In this document: positions 20,347 to 29,818 of the stretch, in pieces
Layout: every line of letters begins with the position of its first letter
How positions within the stretch are numbered: position 1 is the first letter of the stretch
Source of the DNA: an uncultured Gemmatimonadaceae bacterium
GTDB lineage: Bacteria; Gemmatimonadota; Gemmatimonadetes; Gemmatimonadales; Gemmatimonadaceae
DNA: 64,000 nt
Direction: 5' to 3'
NCBI GenBank assembly: GCA_963761305.1
Contig: CAVXGK010000002.1
Location: forward strand, 2,080,001 to 2,144,000
Made by a program: the position numbers and the translations under genes
The notes under the pieces: model-generated
What the model was told of the DNA's origin: nothing
Seen by the model: the letters and a program-made list of their open reading frames with translations, nothing else
Database searches by the model: none

Positions 20347-20886
20347 TTACGCGAACAGCTCGGCAAGCCCGATTTCCAATGGTCCGTCTGCTCCGACCGG
20401 TGTCCACGTCAATAGTTCCGACACCACCTGATCCGCGTGGCCGGCACGGACGACGGTCACGACCCGCTCTTCGGCATCCACCATCCAGTACTCGGCGACG
20501 TGCGCGTCGGCGTAGAGTTGTCGCTTGTCCGTCAGGTCTCTTCGGCGAGTCGAATCAGAGAAGACTTCGACGATCAAGATGGGACGTGGCGCACGTTCCC
20601 ACGCCGTGTGTTTGCGCGGCGACGGTTGTCGGACCATGAGGTCCGGCTCGACCTCGGATTTCTCGAAGCGCAGAACCGCCCGCGGACGATACACGAGGCC
20701 AAGCCGCTGAGCCTTTACGTATGGAGTCAGCGCCGTCGCGAGTCTCGCCGCGATCGTCTCGTGATCGTCCGTCGGCGGCGGCGTCACGAACAGATCGCCG
20801 CGAACGAGCTCGTACTTGTTCCCGTCGTCCGGGAGCCGATGGACTTCGTCGAGCGTCCATCGCTTGAGCTTCGTTGCCATTTCCAT
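20347..20886 (-). CDS. Uma2 family (DUF820) putative endonuclease, paralog 2
   Basis: WTLDEVHRLPDDGNKYELVRGDLFVTP, EPDLMV, IVEVFS, EYWMVD. Confidence 0.92.
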   Translation of the reverse strand: MEMATKLKRWTLDEVHRLPDDGNKYELVRGDLFVTPPPTDDHETIAARLATALTPYVKAQRLGLVYRPRAVLRFEKSEVEPDLMVRQPSPRKHTAWERAPRPILIVEVFSDSTRRRDLTDKRQLYADAHVAEYWMVDAEERVVTVVRAGHADQVVSELLTWTPVGADGPLEIGLAELFA

Positions 20887-21006
20887 GTGCCGTCCTTCCT
20901 CGGCCGCGGTGCCGTCACGCGCATGGCCGAAGCTGCACTGCGCGTGCGTCGGAATCGTCATCGAATCGACGCCGGCACGATCATTCGGCTGCCGACGCGT
21001 TCCGCT

Positions 21007-21046
21007 CGGCCGAGCATACGCTCGGCGCGAGCGCCGAGTCAAGCGG
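21007..21046 (-). promoter_or_regulatory. sigma70-like promoter with dyads, upstream of Uma2 #2
   Basis: TTGACT (21042-21037), 18 bp, TATGCT (21018-21013); near-identical to 1472-1511. Confidence 0.7.
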
Positions 21047-21067
21047 AGAGGGTCGAGCGGCGTGTCT

Positions 21068-21299
21068 CTACTTCGATCGATCGCGCAGGTATTGGCGGAG
21101 CGCGCGATTCACGGCGCTCTCGCTCCGAAACGCCTTCGCGAGATCCGGGTCGAGCAGGACGAGATACGTTCCCGGCGGTATTCGCTTGGCATATTTGCCG
21201 CGCACGCCGCCACTGAAGTCGTAGTGCGCGCGCAATGGCGCGACGGCTCTCCGTGCGGGCTCTCGTCCGTTCGCTTGCCCGCTTAGACGTCTTCTTCAT
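21068..21299 (-). pseudogene. orphan BrnA-like antitoxin with +1 frameshift near 21236
   Basis: MKKTSK... then LRAHYDFSGGVRGKYAKR...VLLDPDLAKAFRSESAVNRALRQYL*; GGAGG RBS; length 232 nt = 3n+1; not in the ORF track. Confidence 0.75.
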
Positions 21300-21345
21300 A
21301 TTGCCTCCTCTCGCGACGCGCGGCCACGCGGGCTGGCACGACCGT

Positions 21346-21447
21346 TCAGCTCTTGCCGGTGCTGACCATGACCGGCCCGTTGTCGCGCTTCACCGGCGGC
21401 ACGCTCTTGAGATAACGATAAATCGAGCGGAGGTCGTCCTCGCTCAT
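21346..21447 (-). pseudogene. C-terminal remnant of a cytochrome c-type protein
   Basis: MSEDDLRSIYRYLKSVPPV resembles the terminal helix of cytochrome c domains; no CxxCH present. Confidence 0.45.
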
Positions 21448-21455
21448 GCGCGGGA

Positions 21456-24083
21456 TCACTTCCGCTCGATGTCCGCGACCCAGATGTCGCTCTCGCGATT
21501 GCCCAAGGTGAAGAAGATCCGCCCCGCGCGAACGCGAAAGCCGTAGCGATGCCACGGCCGCGTCGGATCGTCGAAGCGCACCACCGCGCGGTCCGGTCCA
21601 CCAGCCACCGGAACGCCGACGATCGCCACGACGCGGCCCGAATCCTCCGACACGTAAAACACCGTCCGTCCGTCGGCCGACCACTGTGGAAACGCCCAGC
21701 CCGCGGTGGAGAAGGATGACGACAACCGCCGCGCCGGACCGCCGTCGACTGGCGCGATCACGATCCCGCCTTCGCCGCAGCCGCAGGCGATGAACCGCCC
21801 GTCCGGTGACCAATCGGACAAACCCGACGCGACCGTTTCGCCGCCGATGACGATCGGAATCGCTCGCGGCTTGGACCAGCGGCCGTCGGCGCCCCGCTTC
21901 ACGACGTGAACCGCGGGCTTCGTGCCCCAGTTGTCGAGCAGCAACAGCGCTCGCCCATCCGGCGACCACTCGGGCGACCGCTCGTCTTCGGTCCCGTCCG
22001 TCACTGGTACAGCGCTGCCACCCTCGATGGGTGATACGAAGACCTGACGCCGATCGCCGCGGAATCGGTGGAACGCAATCTCCTTCGCATCGGGCGACCA
22101 GGCGGCCCAGTACGATCCCGCGCTGTCCGACGTGACCTGCTGCGTTTCCGCGCCCTTTGCGCCGAGGCGCACGATGTAGACTTGGCTCGTCCCGCCGCGA
22201 TCGCCGGAGTAACCAAGCCATCGGCCGTCATTCGAGACGCCAAGGTTCTCGATCAGCTGATTCCCGTCGGTCTCCGGCACAGCCGTCGAGACCGAGACGC
22301 TCCCAGTCGCGGGGATGGGCACCGACCATGCGTTCGAGGTCTCGGTCAACGGGGCATACGCGATCCGCCTCCCGTCCCCCGACACGGCGATCGCATACGC
22401 ACCGAGACCCGTCGTGATGCGGACGGGCGCGGCGCGCGGCGATCCGCCGCTCGTTAGAGACATCTCATAGACGTCGCGCCCGCCGTCCTGATCGGATACG
22501 AACAGTAGCGACCGCGCCGACGCCCACGCCGGGCTGGCGTGGAGCGATCGCTCGTCACTGACGCGGTGCGGCTCGCCGCCGCTCGCCGGCGCCAGCCAGA
22601 TCGAGCTGTGCGCGAGATTTCCGAGGTCGATCTCGTTGATGTACTGCCGATCGCCCTCGATGAACGCGATCCACCGCCCGTCGGGAGACCACGCCGGTGA
22701 GTGCGCCTCGTACGTCCGAGCGACGAGTCGCGGCGTCCCGCCGTCGAGCGGCTGGGCGAACAACGAGTCGTGCGAGATGAACGCGAAGGTTCGGCCGTCC
22801 GGCGCGACCGCCACACCGCGCCCGAGTTGAGCTCCAGCAGCGAGAAGCCGCGGCACTCCGCCAAGCGCCGACACGACCTCGACGCCGCGCGGCGACACGA
22901 ACACGAGTCGCTGGCCATCGGGAAGCCACACTGGCCAACGTCCTCGCGCGTCCGTCGCGCGGACCACCGGCACCGGCGAACCGCCCTCCACCTGACGCAC
23001 GGTGAGCACACCGCGCGCAGCCGCGTAGGCCACGAGCTTTCCATCCGGAGAGAGCGCGGGGTCGAGCTCGAGCCCCGGATCCACGGTCACGGGAGTCCGT
23101 CGGCCAAGGCGGATGGGCGGCGGAGTTTTTCGCAGGACTAGCACGACGACGGCAGCGAGAACCGCCGCGACACCGAGTGCGCCGGCGAGTAACGGCCAAC
23201 GCGAGCGCGTAGCAGGCGCCGGCAAGTCGGCGGGCTTGTCGACGCCCGATTCCTCGGGCGCGAGTGCCGCGGCGAATTCCGACACCGAAGGAAAGCGGTC
23301 CGCCGGTGTCTTGCTCAACGCGCGTTGGAGCGCCAACGCAACACCCGCCGGCGCCGCCGGACGCAACTGCGTGACCATTGGCGGCGCGGCGAGCATGTGT
23401 TGATGGATCACGCTCTCCGCGGTCGGCCCGGTGAATGGCGCTTGGCCGGCCAGCATCTCGTAGACGACGCACGCGAGGGCATAGATGTCGGAGCGGGCGT
23501 CGAGCTCCCTCTCGCCCGCGACCTGTTCTGGGCTCATGTACATCGGCGTGCCGATGGCCACGCCGGTCTCGGTCAGCCGCTCGCCGCCGGCAACGTCGAT
23601 CGCGTGAGCGATTCCGAAGTCGGCCACCACGGCGTGACCGTTCTCGAGAAGAATGTTTTCCGGTTTGATGTCGCGGTGAACGATGCCACGCCCGTGCGCA
23701 TAGCTCAGCGCGTCGGCTACTTCACGGGCGATCCGCAGCGCGTCCTGCACTGGGAGCTGTTTTTCGCGGCGAAGCCGGTCGCGCAGCGACTCGCCTTCGA
23801 CGAACGGCATGACGTAGTAGAGGGTCTCGTCGCCGGCACCCGAGTCGTACAAGGGTACGATGTGCGGGTGACGGAGGCTCGCCGTCGTTGTGATCTCACG
23901 CAAGAACCGCTCGGCGCCCAACGCCGCGGCGAGGTCCGGGCGAAGCACCTTGATCGCGACTCGCCGGGCGTGACGGACATCCTCGGCGAGGTACACGGTC
24001 GCCATGCCGCCGGCGCCGAGTTCGCGCTCGATGCGGTACCGGCCGCTGAGGGCGGCGGTGAGGTCTGGCTGGGGATCACCCAT
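21456..24083 (-). CDS. Ser/Thr protein kinase with TM helix and PD40/TolB beta-propeller
   Basis: LGAGGMATVY, VAIKVL, HRDIKPENIL, DFGIA, GTPMYMSPEQ; many P.WSPDG repeats. Confidence 0.95.
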   Translation of the reverse strand: MGDPQPDLTAALSGRYRIERELGAGGMATVYLAEDVRHARRVAIKVLRPDLAAALGAERFLREITTTASLRHPHIVPLYDSGAGDETLYYVMPFVEGESLRDRLRREKQLPVQDALRIAREVADALSYAHGRGIVHRDIKPENILLENGHAVVADFGIAHAIDVAGGERLTETGVAIGTPMYMSPEQVAGERELDARSDIYALACVVYEMLAGQAPFTGPTAESVIHQHMLAAPPMVTQLRPAAPAGVALALQRALSKTPADRFPSVSEFAAALAPEESGVDKPADLPAPATRSRWPLLAGALGVAAVLAAVVVLVLRKTPPPIRLGRRTPVTVDPGLELDPALSPDGKLVAYAAARGVLTVRQVEGGSPVPVVRATDARGRWPVWLPDGQRLVFVSPRGVEVVSALGGVPRLLAAGAQLGRGVAVAPDGRTFAFISHDSLFAQPLDGGTPRLVARTYEAHSPAWSPDGRWIAFIEGDRQYINEIDLGNLAHSSIWLAPASGGEPHRVSDERSLHASPAWASARSLLFVSDQDGGRDVYEMSLTSGGSPRAAPVRITTGLGAYAIAVSGDGRRIAYAPLTETSNAWSVPIPATGSVSVSTAVPETDGNQLIENLGVSNDGRWLGYSGDRGGTSQVYIVRLGAKGAETQQVTSDSAGSYWAAWSPDAKEIAFHRFRGDRRQVFVSPIEGGSAVPVTDGTEDERSPEWSPDGRALLLLDNWGTKPAVHVVKRGADGRWSKPRAIPIVIGGETVASGLSDWSPDGRFIACGCGEGGIVIAPVDGGPARRLSSSFSTAGWAFPQWSADGRTVFYVSEDSGRVVAIVGVPVAGGPDRAVVRFDDPTRPWHRYGFRVRAGRIFFTLGNRESDIWVADIERK

Positions 24084-24303
24084 GCGAGGTCGTCAACGGT
24101 CGTCGATCGGGGCGGTTGGCGGGGGTAGGTGGGTGAAGCTATCCGTCGGGTCGGGTAGGGGCTAGAAAGGTTGGCTCGCGCATCTGGGAAATGCGGCGGA
24201 AGAACCTTTACAAACAATGAACCGGCGCGCGAAACCGCGCGCCGTATTGAGCAAAGGCGGCCACCGCGCGCCGCCGCGCTGCGAGCACACGCGAGGAACG
24301 AAC

Positions 24304-25035
24304 ATGATCCGCTATATACTGACCGTCGGCACACTGACCCTCGGCGCCGGCATCGGCGTCCTCGCCTGGCCGACGATCGCCGTCGCACAGGCGAAGCAAT
24401 ACGATCTCGAATCCACCGCGGCGCTGCACGTGCTCAACGTCGTTGCGCAGCCGGCGGCGCACGAGGGGAAGCGCGGCGTTCGGGTGGTCGAGGACTCCGA
24501 GGCGATCGCTCGTCTCCCGATGCACGCCGGTCAACGAGCGCCCGATCTCCTCGCATGGATCGACGGACTCCCGTTCGGGAACGGCATCATCGAGGCGGAG
24601 CTGGCAGCCGCGCCGGCGCCCGGGGCGGACACCTCGGCGCGCGGCTTCGTCGGCATCGCGTTTCGCCTGCAGGATGATCGGAAGACATACGACGCGTTCT
24701 ATTTGCGGCCGACGAACGGGCGCGCCGCCGATCAGGAACGACGCAATCACGCGGCGCAGTACATCTCACACCCGGACTGGCCGTGGTTTCGTTTGCGTCG
24801 CGAGACGCCGTCCAAGTACGAGTCGTATGTGGATCTCGTGCCCAACGCGTGGACCAAGATTCGAATCGAGGTGCATGGCACGCAGGCTCGGCTCTTCGTG
24901 CACGACCAGGCGCAACCGACGCTGGTCGTCAACGACTTGAAGACCGGCGCAACGGCGAAGGGCGCCGTCGGGCTGTGGATCGGTCCGGGAACGATTGCCT
25001 ATTTTCGGAATTTGACGGTGACGCCAGCGCCCTAG
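24304..25035 (+). CDS. secreted DUF1080-like (ConA/GH16-type fold) protein
   Basis: GAGGAA RBS, signal peptide; FGNGIIEAEL, GFVGIAFR, FYLRPTNG, GAVGLWIG. Confidence 0.7.
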   Translation: MIRYILTVGTLTLGAGIGVLAWPTIAVAQAKQYDLESTAALHVLNVVAQPAAHEGKRGVRVVEDSEAIARLPMHAGQRAPDLLAWIDGLPFGNGIIEAELAAAPAPGADTSARGFVGIAFRLQDDRKTYDAFYLRPTNGRAADQERRNHAAQYISHPDWPWFRLRRETPSKYESYVDLVPNAWTKIRIEVHGTQARLFVHDQAQPTLVVNDLKTGATAKGAVGLWIGPGTIAYFRNLTVTPAP

Positions 25036-25161
25036 CTCTAGCCGGCCGTGCCTCTCAGACCTCGGCGAGTGCTCGGCGTGCTTCGGCGAGGAGCGTCCGA
25101 CGGCGGGCAGAGTCGGCAAGCTCGCCGGCGGCCTCGGGCATGGAGGCTTCCATTTCCGGAA

Positions 25162-25188
25162 TGTCGATTTCGGCGGCGTTCGTTCGAC
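25162..25188 (+). promoter_or_regulatory. ECF42-type promoter
   Basis: TGTCGA-N17-CGAC upstream of a DGPF gene; matches the motif I recall for ECF42 sigma targets. Confidence 0.6.
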
Positions 25189-25256
25189 GTAAGGGTAAGA
25201 AGGTGACCGGAAGCCGTCGACCTTCACCACGCTCAACCGTTCAGGAAACCCGACAA

Positions 25257-25631
25257 ATGCGCTACATGACGATCGTGAGTGGCCCCGAGAACTTCGCCGA
25301 GATCGGGCCGCCGCCGGCCGCCCTCATCGAAGCCATCGACAAGTTTACGTCGGAGGGCACGAAGTCCGGAAAGATGGTGTCGTTCGGCGGCCTCAAGCCG
25401 ACATCCGAGGGCGCGCGAGTCCGCAGCAGCAAGGGCAAGATCGTGCTGACCGACGGGCCGTTCACCGAAGCCAAGGAAGTCATCGGCGGATTCTCGATCA
25501 TCAACTACGCCTCGAGGGAAGAGGCTCTCGAGGAGGCCATGAAATTCATGGAACTGCACCGACTTCACTGGCCGGAATGGGAAGGGGTGGTCGAGATCCG
25601 GCTCATGTACGAGGAGGACGAGCCGTTCTGA
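25257..25631 (+). CDS. YciI/DGPF family protein
   Basis: TDGPFTEAKEVIGGF, EIR motif. Confidence 0.92.
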   Translation: MRYMTIVSGPENFAEIGPPPAALIEAIDKFTSEGTKSGKMVSFGGLKPTSEGARVRSSKGKIVLTDGPFTEAKEVIGGFSIINYASREEALEEAMKFMELHRLHWPEWEGVVEIRLMYEEDEPF

Positions 25632-25650
25632 AGCCGGGTTGTGATGTCGC

Positions 25651-26502
25651 TCATCCCCATCCGAACCAACGCGGCTTGATGATGAGATACCGGTCCTCGA
25701 CATATGCGAACCAGCGGCGCATCAACTCATCGTCGCTGATGCCCAGAGCCGCCTGCACGTTCGCGTCCTGTTGGATGAGGCGAACGAGTCCGGCGCGTCC
25801 CCACGTCTTGACGATGAACTCCGTGAGACGATAGCCGATGTCGTAGATCTGGCCATTCGCCGGATTGTTGAGCGTGGCGACGGACGGATATCGTCCGCGG
25901 AGGAGGTAGCCGAGCCGATTGAGGTCGGTGGCTTGGCCGGCTTCGTACGTGGCGATCGACTCCAGGAGCCATCGGCCGTGCTTTCCAAGACTGTCATTGG
26001 CGAGGAAGCCGATCGTATCGCCGCCGGCGTTGGCGACGAAATCGAGCGCCGTGCGCCGCGTGGCGGCGTGCGCGAGCTCGTGCACCGCGTCCTGTCCGAG
26101 GGGGCGGCCGGGGTGCGCCCGAGCCCACGGTCCGTACACGTAGATCGTTCCGTCCGGCCCCGTGAGCGCCTGTGGTTGGAAGCCGATGCCGGACGCCTTG
26201 ATGAGGGCGGCCCATTGCTGGTCGAACTCCGCTCGCGATTGGATCGCCACGTGTGTGACGCCGAGTGGCGACGAGCCCAGATCGCTCACGACGCGCGCTT
26301 GATGGTCCTCGAGATATCGCGCGAGCGCCTTCACCGCTGCCGAGTCCAAGCCGTATGACGAAATTGTGAAGTGCGGCGTTGCGAGGGCGATGCGCGCGGT
26401 CGCGGAGGCGTCGGGCATGCGCTCGCCGCGTGAGCAGTCGGTCGCACCGAGTAATGCTGCACAGGCACACGATACGGCGAACGCCACGCGGTTGCGAAGC
26501 AT
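25651..26502 (-). CDS. exported zinc-peptidase-like (peptidase MA) protein
   Basis: signal peptide; VHELAH (HExxH); WLLESIA downstream Glu. Confidence 0.65.
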   Translation of the reverse strand: MLRNRVAFAVSCACAALLGATDCSRGERMPDASATARIALATPHFTISSYGLDSAAVKALARYLEDHQARVVSDLGSSPLGVTHVAIQSRAEFDQQWAALIKASGIGFQPQALTGPDGTIYVYGPWARAHPGRPLGQDAVHELAHAATRRTALDFVANAGGDTIGFLANDSLGKHGRWLLESIATYEAGQATDLNRLGYLLRGRYPSVATLNNPANGQIYDIGYRLTEFIVKTWGRAGLVRLIQQDANVQAALGISDDELMRRWFAYVEDRYLIIKPRWFGWG

Positions 26503-26671
26503 GGAACTCCGAAGGGAGACGATGGTGCCCCGGGCCATGGCCGGTCATCGACAGTACGATGATCGGTGGAGAATCGTTTCGGATTCCGGATATGCGCGGC
26601 ATATTGTGCTCGAGAGCGAACGCTCGTTCGCAGTGGCAGGAATCGAGTCAGTCGACCTTCGCGAGGTGACC

Positions 26672-27922
26672 ATGAGCCGCATCACGACGGCGACGATGTT
26701 GCGTAGCCTCCGAGTGAGCGCCAGGACGCGCCTTTTCATCAGCTGTCTGATCGCCTCCGCCTGCGCGAGACCCTTTCCGCTTGGGCAGGCGCCGCCGCAG
26801 GCCGACGCCGTGTTGCGCCGTGAGTCGACCGGCGGCGTCCAGATCCAGCTCGACTCAACGAACAAGGAGGTCGTGCTGAGCGTGAGCGGGCTGCGCCTCG
26901 AGGCAGCGATGGCCTACGGCCAGGCGCACGCGCAAACGAATATCGCGTTCGTCTGGCCGTTCCGCGGCTGGGCGCGCGGCTATCGCATCGACGTCGTCGA
27001 CTCGGCGGGAGGCGTGCTTCCGCGAAAGGTGCTGCACCACGCGGGCATCGTGAACCTCAGCCGCCGCCAACTCGCCTACCCGATGGCGGAACGCCTGCTT
27101 GCGGCCGCGCACGAAACGCCGTTCGTCATGCTCCCCGGTTCGATGGGCGTTCCACTCGAGCCGGATCAGCACATGGTGCTTTACTATATGCTCGTGAATC
27201 CCACGGCCCATGCGATGGACGGGGTCACGCTGCGAATCTCGATCGCGTGGACGCCCGACCGCGGCGACGGGAGGGGCCCGCGGGAGGTGTTCCCTCTCTA
27301 TCTCGACGCCAACCCGGCGATCGGACGATATGAGCTTCCGCCCGGCGTATCGACGACGACGGCAGAATTCTCGCTTCCGGTTGGCGGACGTGTCCGCGCC
27401 CTTGGCGGACACGCTCACGACTATGCCGTCGAGCTTCGACTCGAGGACGCCGCAACGAACAAGGTGCTGGTGCGGCTCACTACAAAGCGCGATACGGCCG
27501 GCCATATCATCAGCATCACCACCGATCGGTTCGTGTTCACCCGGGGCGGTTTGCACCTCGACGCGAACCGGCGCTATCGGGTCGTGGGCCTCTACGACAA
27601 CCCGACCTGCGCGCCGATCCCACGGGGCGGCATGGCGTTCATGATCGGCCCGTTCACGCCCGATAACGTTCGGCGCTGGCCCGCGGTCGACCCGACCGAT
27701 CCGCTCTTTCAACAGGACTATGCGGACCTCATGGCGCCGGCCGCTGAGATGACGCAACCGCACGACATGGCGGGGATGGTCGGGACGGAGGGCGCGTCAG
27801 GAGTGAGCGACAACGCGCACCATCCGCCGCCCTCCGGCTGCCACGCGCCGGGGTCACGTGATTTTGATCAAGACGAAGCTCTACGTGCCGTAGCGTCGCA
27901 GTCACGTGCGCTCGGTTGGTAA
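26672..27922 (+). CDS. lipoprotein with copper monooxygenase (PHM)-like motifs
   Basis: IASAC lipobox-like; VLHHAG, GGHAHDY, YDNPT...GGM. Confidence 0.55.
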   Translation: MSRITTATMLRSLRVSARTRLFISCLIASACARPFPLGQAPPQADAVLRRESTGGVQIQLDSTNKEVVLSVSGLRLEAAMAYGQAHAQTNIAFVWPFRGWARGYRIDVVDSAGGVLPRKVLHHAGIVNLSRRQLAYPMAERLLAAAHETPFVMLPGSMGVPLEPDQHMVLYYMLVNPTAHAMDGVTLRISIAWTPDRGDGRGPREVFPLYLDANPAIGRYELPPGVSTTTAEFSLPVGGRVRALGGHAHDYAVELRLEDAATNKVLVRLTTKRDTAGHIISITTDRFVFTRGGLHLDANRRYRVVGLYDNPTCAPIPRGGMAFMIGPFTPDNVRRWPAVDPTDPLFQQDYADLMAPAAEMTQPHDMAGMVGTEGASGVSDNAHHPPPSGCHAPGSRDFDQDEALRAVASQSRALGW

Positions 27923-27937
27923 GGACGCCGCTCTACC

Positions 27938-27985
27938 TTGACGGCGGCGCCCGACCGGTGAATAGTTCACCACATGGTGAACTAT
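27938..27985 (+). promoter_or_regulatory. arsR promoter and autoregulatory operator
   Basis: TTGACG-17-AATAGT; perfect inverted repeat ATAGTTCACCA-CA-TGGTGAACTAT (27962-27985) over the start codon. Confidence 0.75.
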
Positions 27986-28351
27986 CCGCAACAACAACAC
28001 AACCTCGACCGCGTCTTCGCCACCCTCGCCGACCCGACCCGTCGCGCGATCATCGCGCGCCTCGCCGGAGTGGAGAGCTTGTCGGTCAGTGCCCTCGCCG
28101 AGCCGTTCCCCATCAAGCTGCCCGCCGTCATGAAGCACCTCGACGTGCTCGGCGACGCCGGTTTGATCACACGCACCAAACGCGGACGCACCGTCGACGT
28201 GCGTCTGTCGGCCCGCCCACTTCGTGGACCCAGCGAGTGGCTGCGCGCGTACGAGCGGTTTTGGGCGCCGGCCCTCGACCGCCTCGCCGCATATGCCGAA
28301 CGCAAAGAGACGGAGACGCGCGCCGTCGAAGCTCGGCGAAGGTCCCGATGA
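27974..28351 (+). CDS. ArsR/SmtB family regulator
   Basis: FATLADPTRRAII, LAEPF..LPAVMKHL.VL..AGLI...KRGR. Confidence 0.92.
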   Translation: MVNYPQQQHNLDRVFATLADPTRRAIIARLAGVESLSVSALAEPFPIKLPAVMKHLDVLGDAGLITRTKRGRTVDVRLSARPLRGPSEWLRAYERFWAPALDRLAAYAERKETETRAVEARRRSR

Positions 28352-28818
28352 ACAGCGTGACTCTCTGGCGACGCATCGTGGCACGTCCGTCGATCGTCTT
28401 CGACGCGCTGACGACGGCCGAAGGCGTCGCCGCGTGGTGGGGACCTGACGAGCTGCCAGTTGTGCGCGCGGACGTCGACGCACGAGTTGGCGGCACCTAC
28501 CGCGTGCGCTTTCGCACGCTCGACGGCCGCGAACACGAGGTCTGCGGCACGTTCCTCGAGATCATCGCCCCGCGCCGAATCGTCATGACGTATCTCTACA
28601 CATTCGGCGGCGAGCCCGACGAGTTCGGTCGAACCTCGCGCGTGGAGATCGATCTGGTGCCGTTTGCCGGCGGAACGGACCTCACGCTCAGCCACGCCGA
28701 TCTCACGAGCGAGACGTCGGAAAGGAGCCACGCCGGCGGCTGGGGCGGCGCGTTGGACAAGCTCGTTCGATTCATGGAACTCCCCGGCGTATCGGCCAAC
28801 CTCATTTCGGAGGACTGA
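28348..28818 (+). CDS. SRPBCC/AHSA1 domain protein
   Basis: VFDALT...AAWWGP, DARVGG.YR, HAGGW..ALDKL; ATGA-coupled to arsR. Confidence 0.9.
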   Translation: MNSVTLWRRIVARPSIVFDALTTAEGVAAWWGPDELPVVRADVDARVGGTYRVRFRTLDGREHEVCGTFLEIIAPRRIVMTYLYTFGGEPDEFGRTSRVEIDLVPFAGGTDLTLSHADLTSETSERSHAGGWGGALDKLVRFMELPGVSANLISED

Positions 28819-28819
28819 C

Positions 28820-29599
28820 ATGATGATGCACTCGAGACGGCACTGGTTGCTCCGGCGCACGACGGCCGGGCAGACGAAGGCGATCGCCGCGGCGGTGATT
28901 GTCCTTTTATCTGCAATCGGGCAAACCAATAGCGCGCGCGCGCAGACCGAGCATCCTCGCTATCCGGTTGCCGCACCGATCGATCAATATCGGTCGAAAG
29001 ACGCGGCGGAAGAGATCGCGCTGGCACGAAGCGCGGCGCCACCATCGATCTCGGCGAACGCCGAGGTGCTCGTGCTCGGCGATCACGGGTACCAGACGGC
29101 CGTCAAGGGAACGAACGGGTTCGTCTGCTTCGTGCAGCGTTCATGGACCGCCGGCTTCGACGATCCCCAATTCTGGAATCCGAAAACGCGCGGCCCGAAC
29201 TGCTTCAACGCGGCCGCGGCGCGGACCGAGTTGCCGCAGGAGATGAAGCGCACCGAATGGGTGCTGTCGGGAGCCACCAGGCAAGAGTTGATGGAACGAA
29301 CGCGGGCCGCGTTCGCCAACCATACGTTCAAGACTCCCGAGCCGGGCGCGTTGACGTACATGCTGTCCAAGCGCGGCTACCTGGGTGACGATGCGGCCGG
29401 GCCATGGCTCCCACACCTCATGTTCTTCGTTCCGCACGGGCAAGCGGCGGCTTGGGGCGCGGGCTTGGACGGCTCGCCGATCATCGGCCGCGACGGCAGC
29501 GACATCGAGTCCACGACGCTGTTGGTCCCGGTGCGACGCTGGTCGGATGGGTCGCCGGCGCCTGCGCCCGCTCCCCTGGATAGCCACGCGAAGAAATGA
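28820..29599 (+). CDS. conserved secreted hypothetical protein
   Basis: GGAGG RBS; signal peptide; EIALARSAAPPSIS, GTNGFVC, YMLSK, PHLMF. Confidence 0.7.
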   Translation: MMMHSRRHWLLRRTTAGQTKAIAAAVIVLLSAIGQTNSARAQTEHPRYPVAAPIDQYRSKDAAEEIALARSAAPPSISANAEVLVLGDHGYQTAVKGTNGFVCFVQRSWTAGFDDPQFWNPKTRGPNCFNAAAARTELPQEMKRTEWVLSGATRQELMERTRAAFANHTFKTPEPGALTYMLSKRGYLGDDAAGPWLPHLMFFVPHGQAAAWGAGLDGSPIIGRDGSDIESTTLLVPVRRWSDGSPAPAPAPLDSHAKK

Positions 29600-29818
29600 A
29601 TGCCTTGGGCGCGGCAAACCAAGGGCTTTCCTCGCCAACGCTCCATGTCTTCTCGCCGCCGCGATTCGATTGTGGCGGACGTAGCGGTTCGCGCTCCCCT
29701 GTCCGCATTCGTCTTGCCGCGCTGCGGAGCGCTCAATAGACTCTCGACCGTGCATTCGCGAGCGGACCAGTATGCGTGGTGACACGAGGCTGGTTCCCGG
29801 CATTCTGAATCGCGAGAT

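Noticed and set aside
29604..29630. c-di-GMP-I riboswitch (GGCAAACC)
   Set aside because: No GAAA tetraloop/GACGCAAAG continuation; only a simple hairpin.
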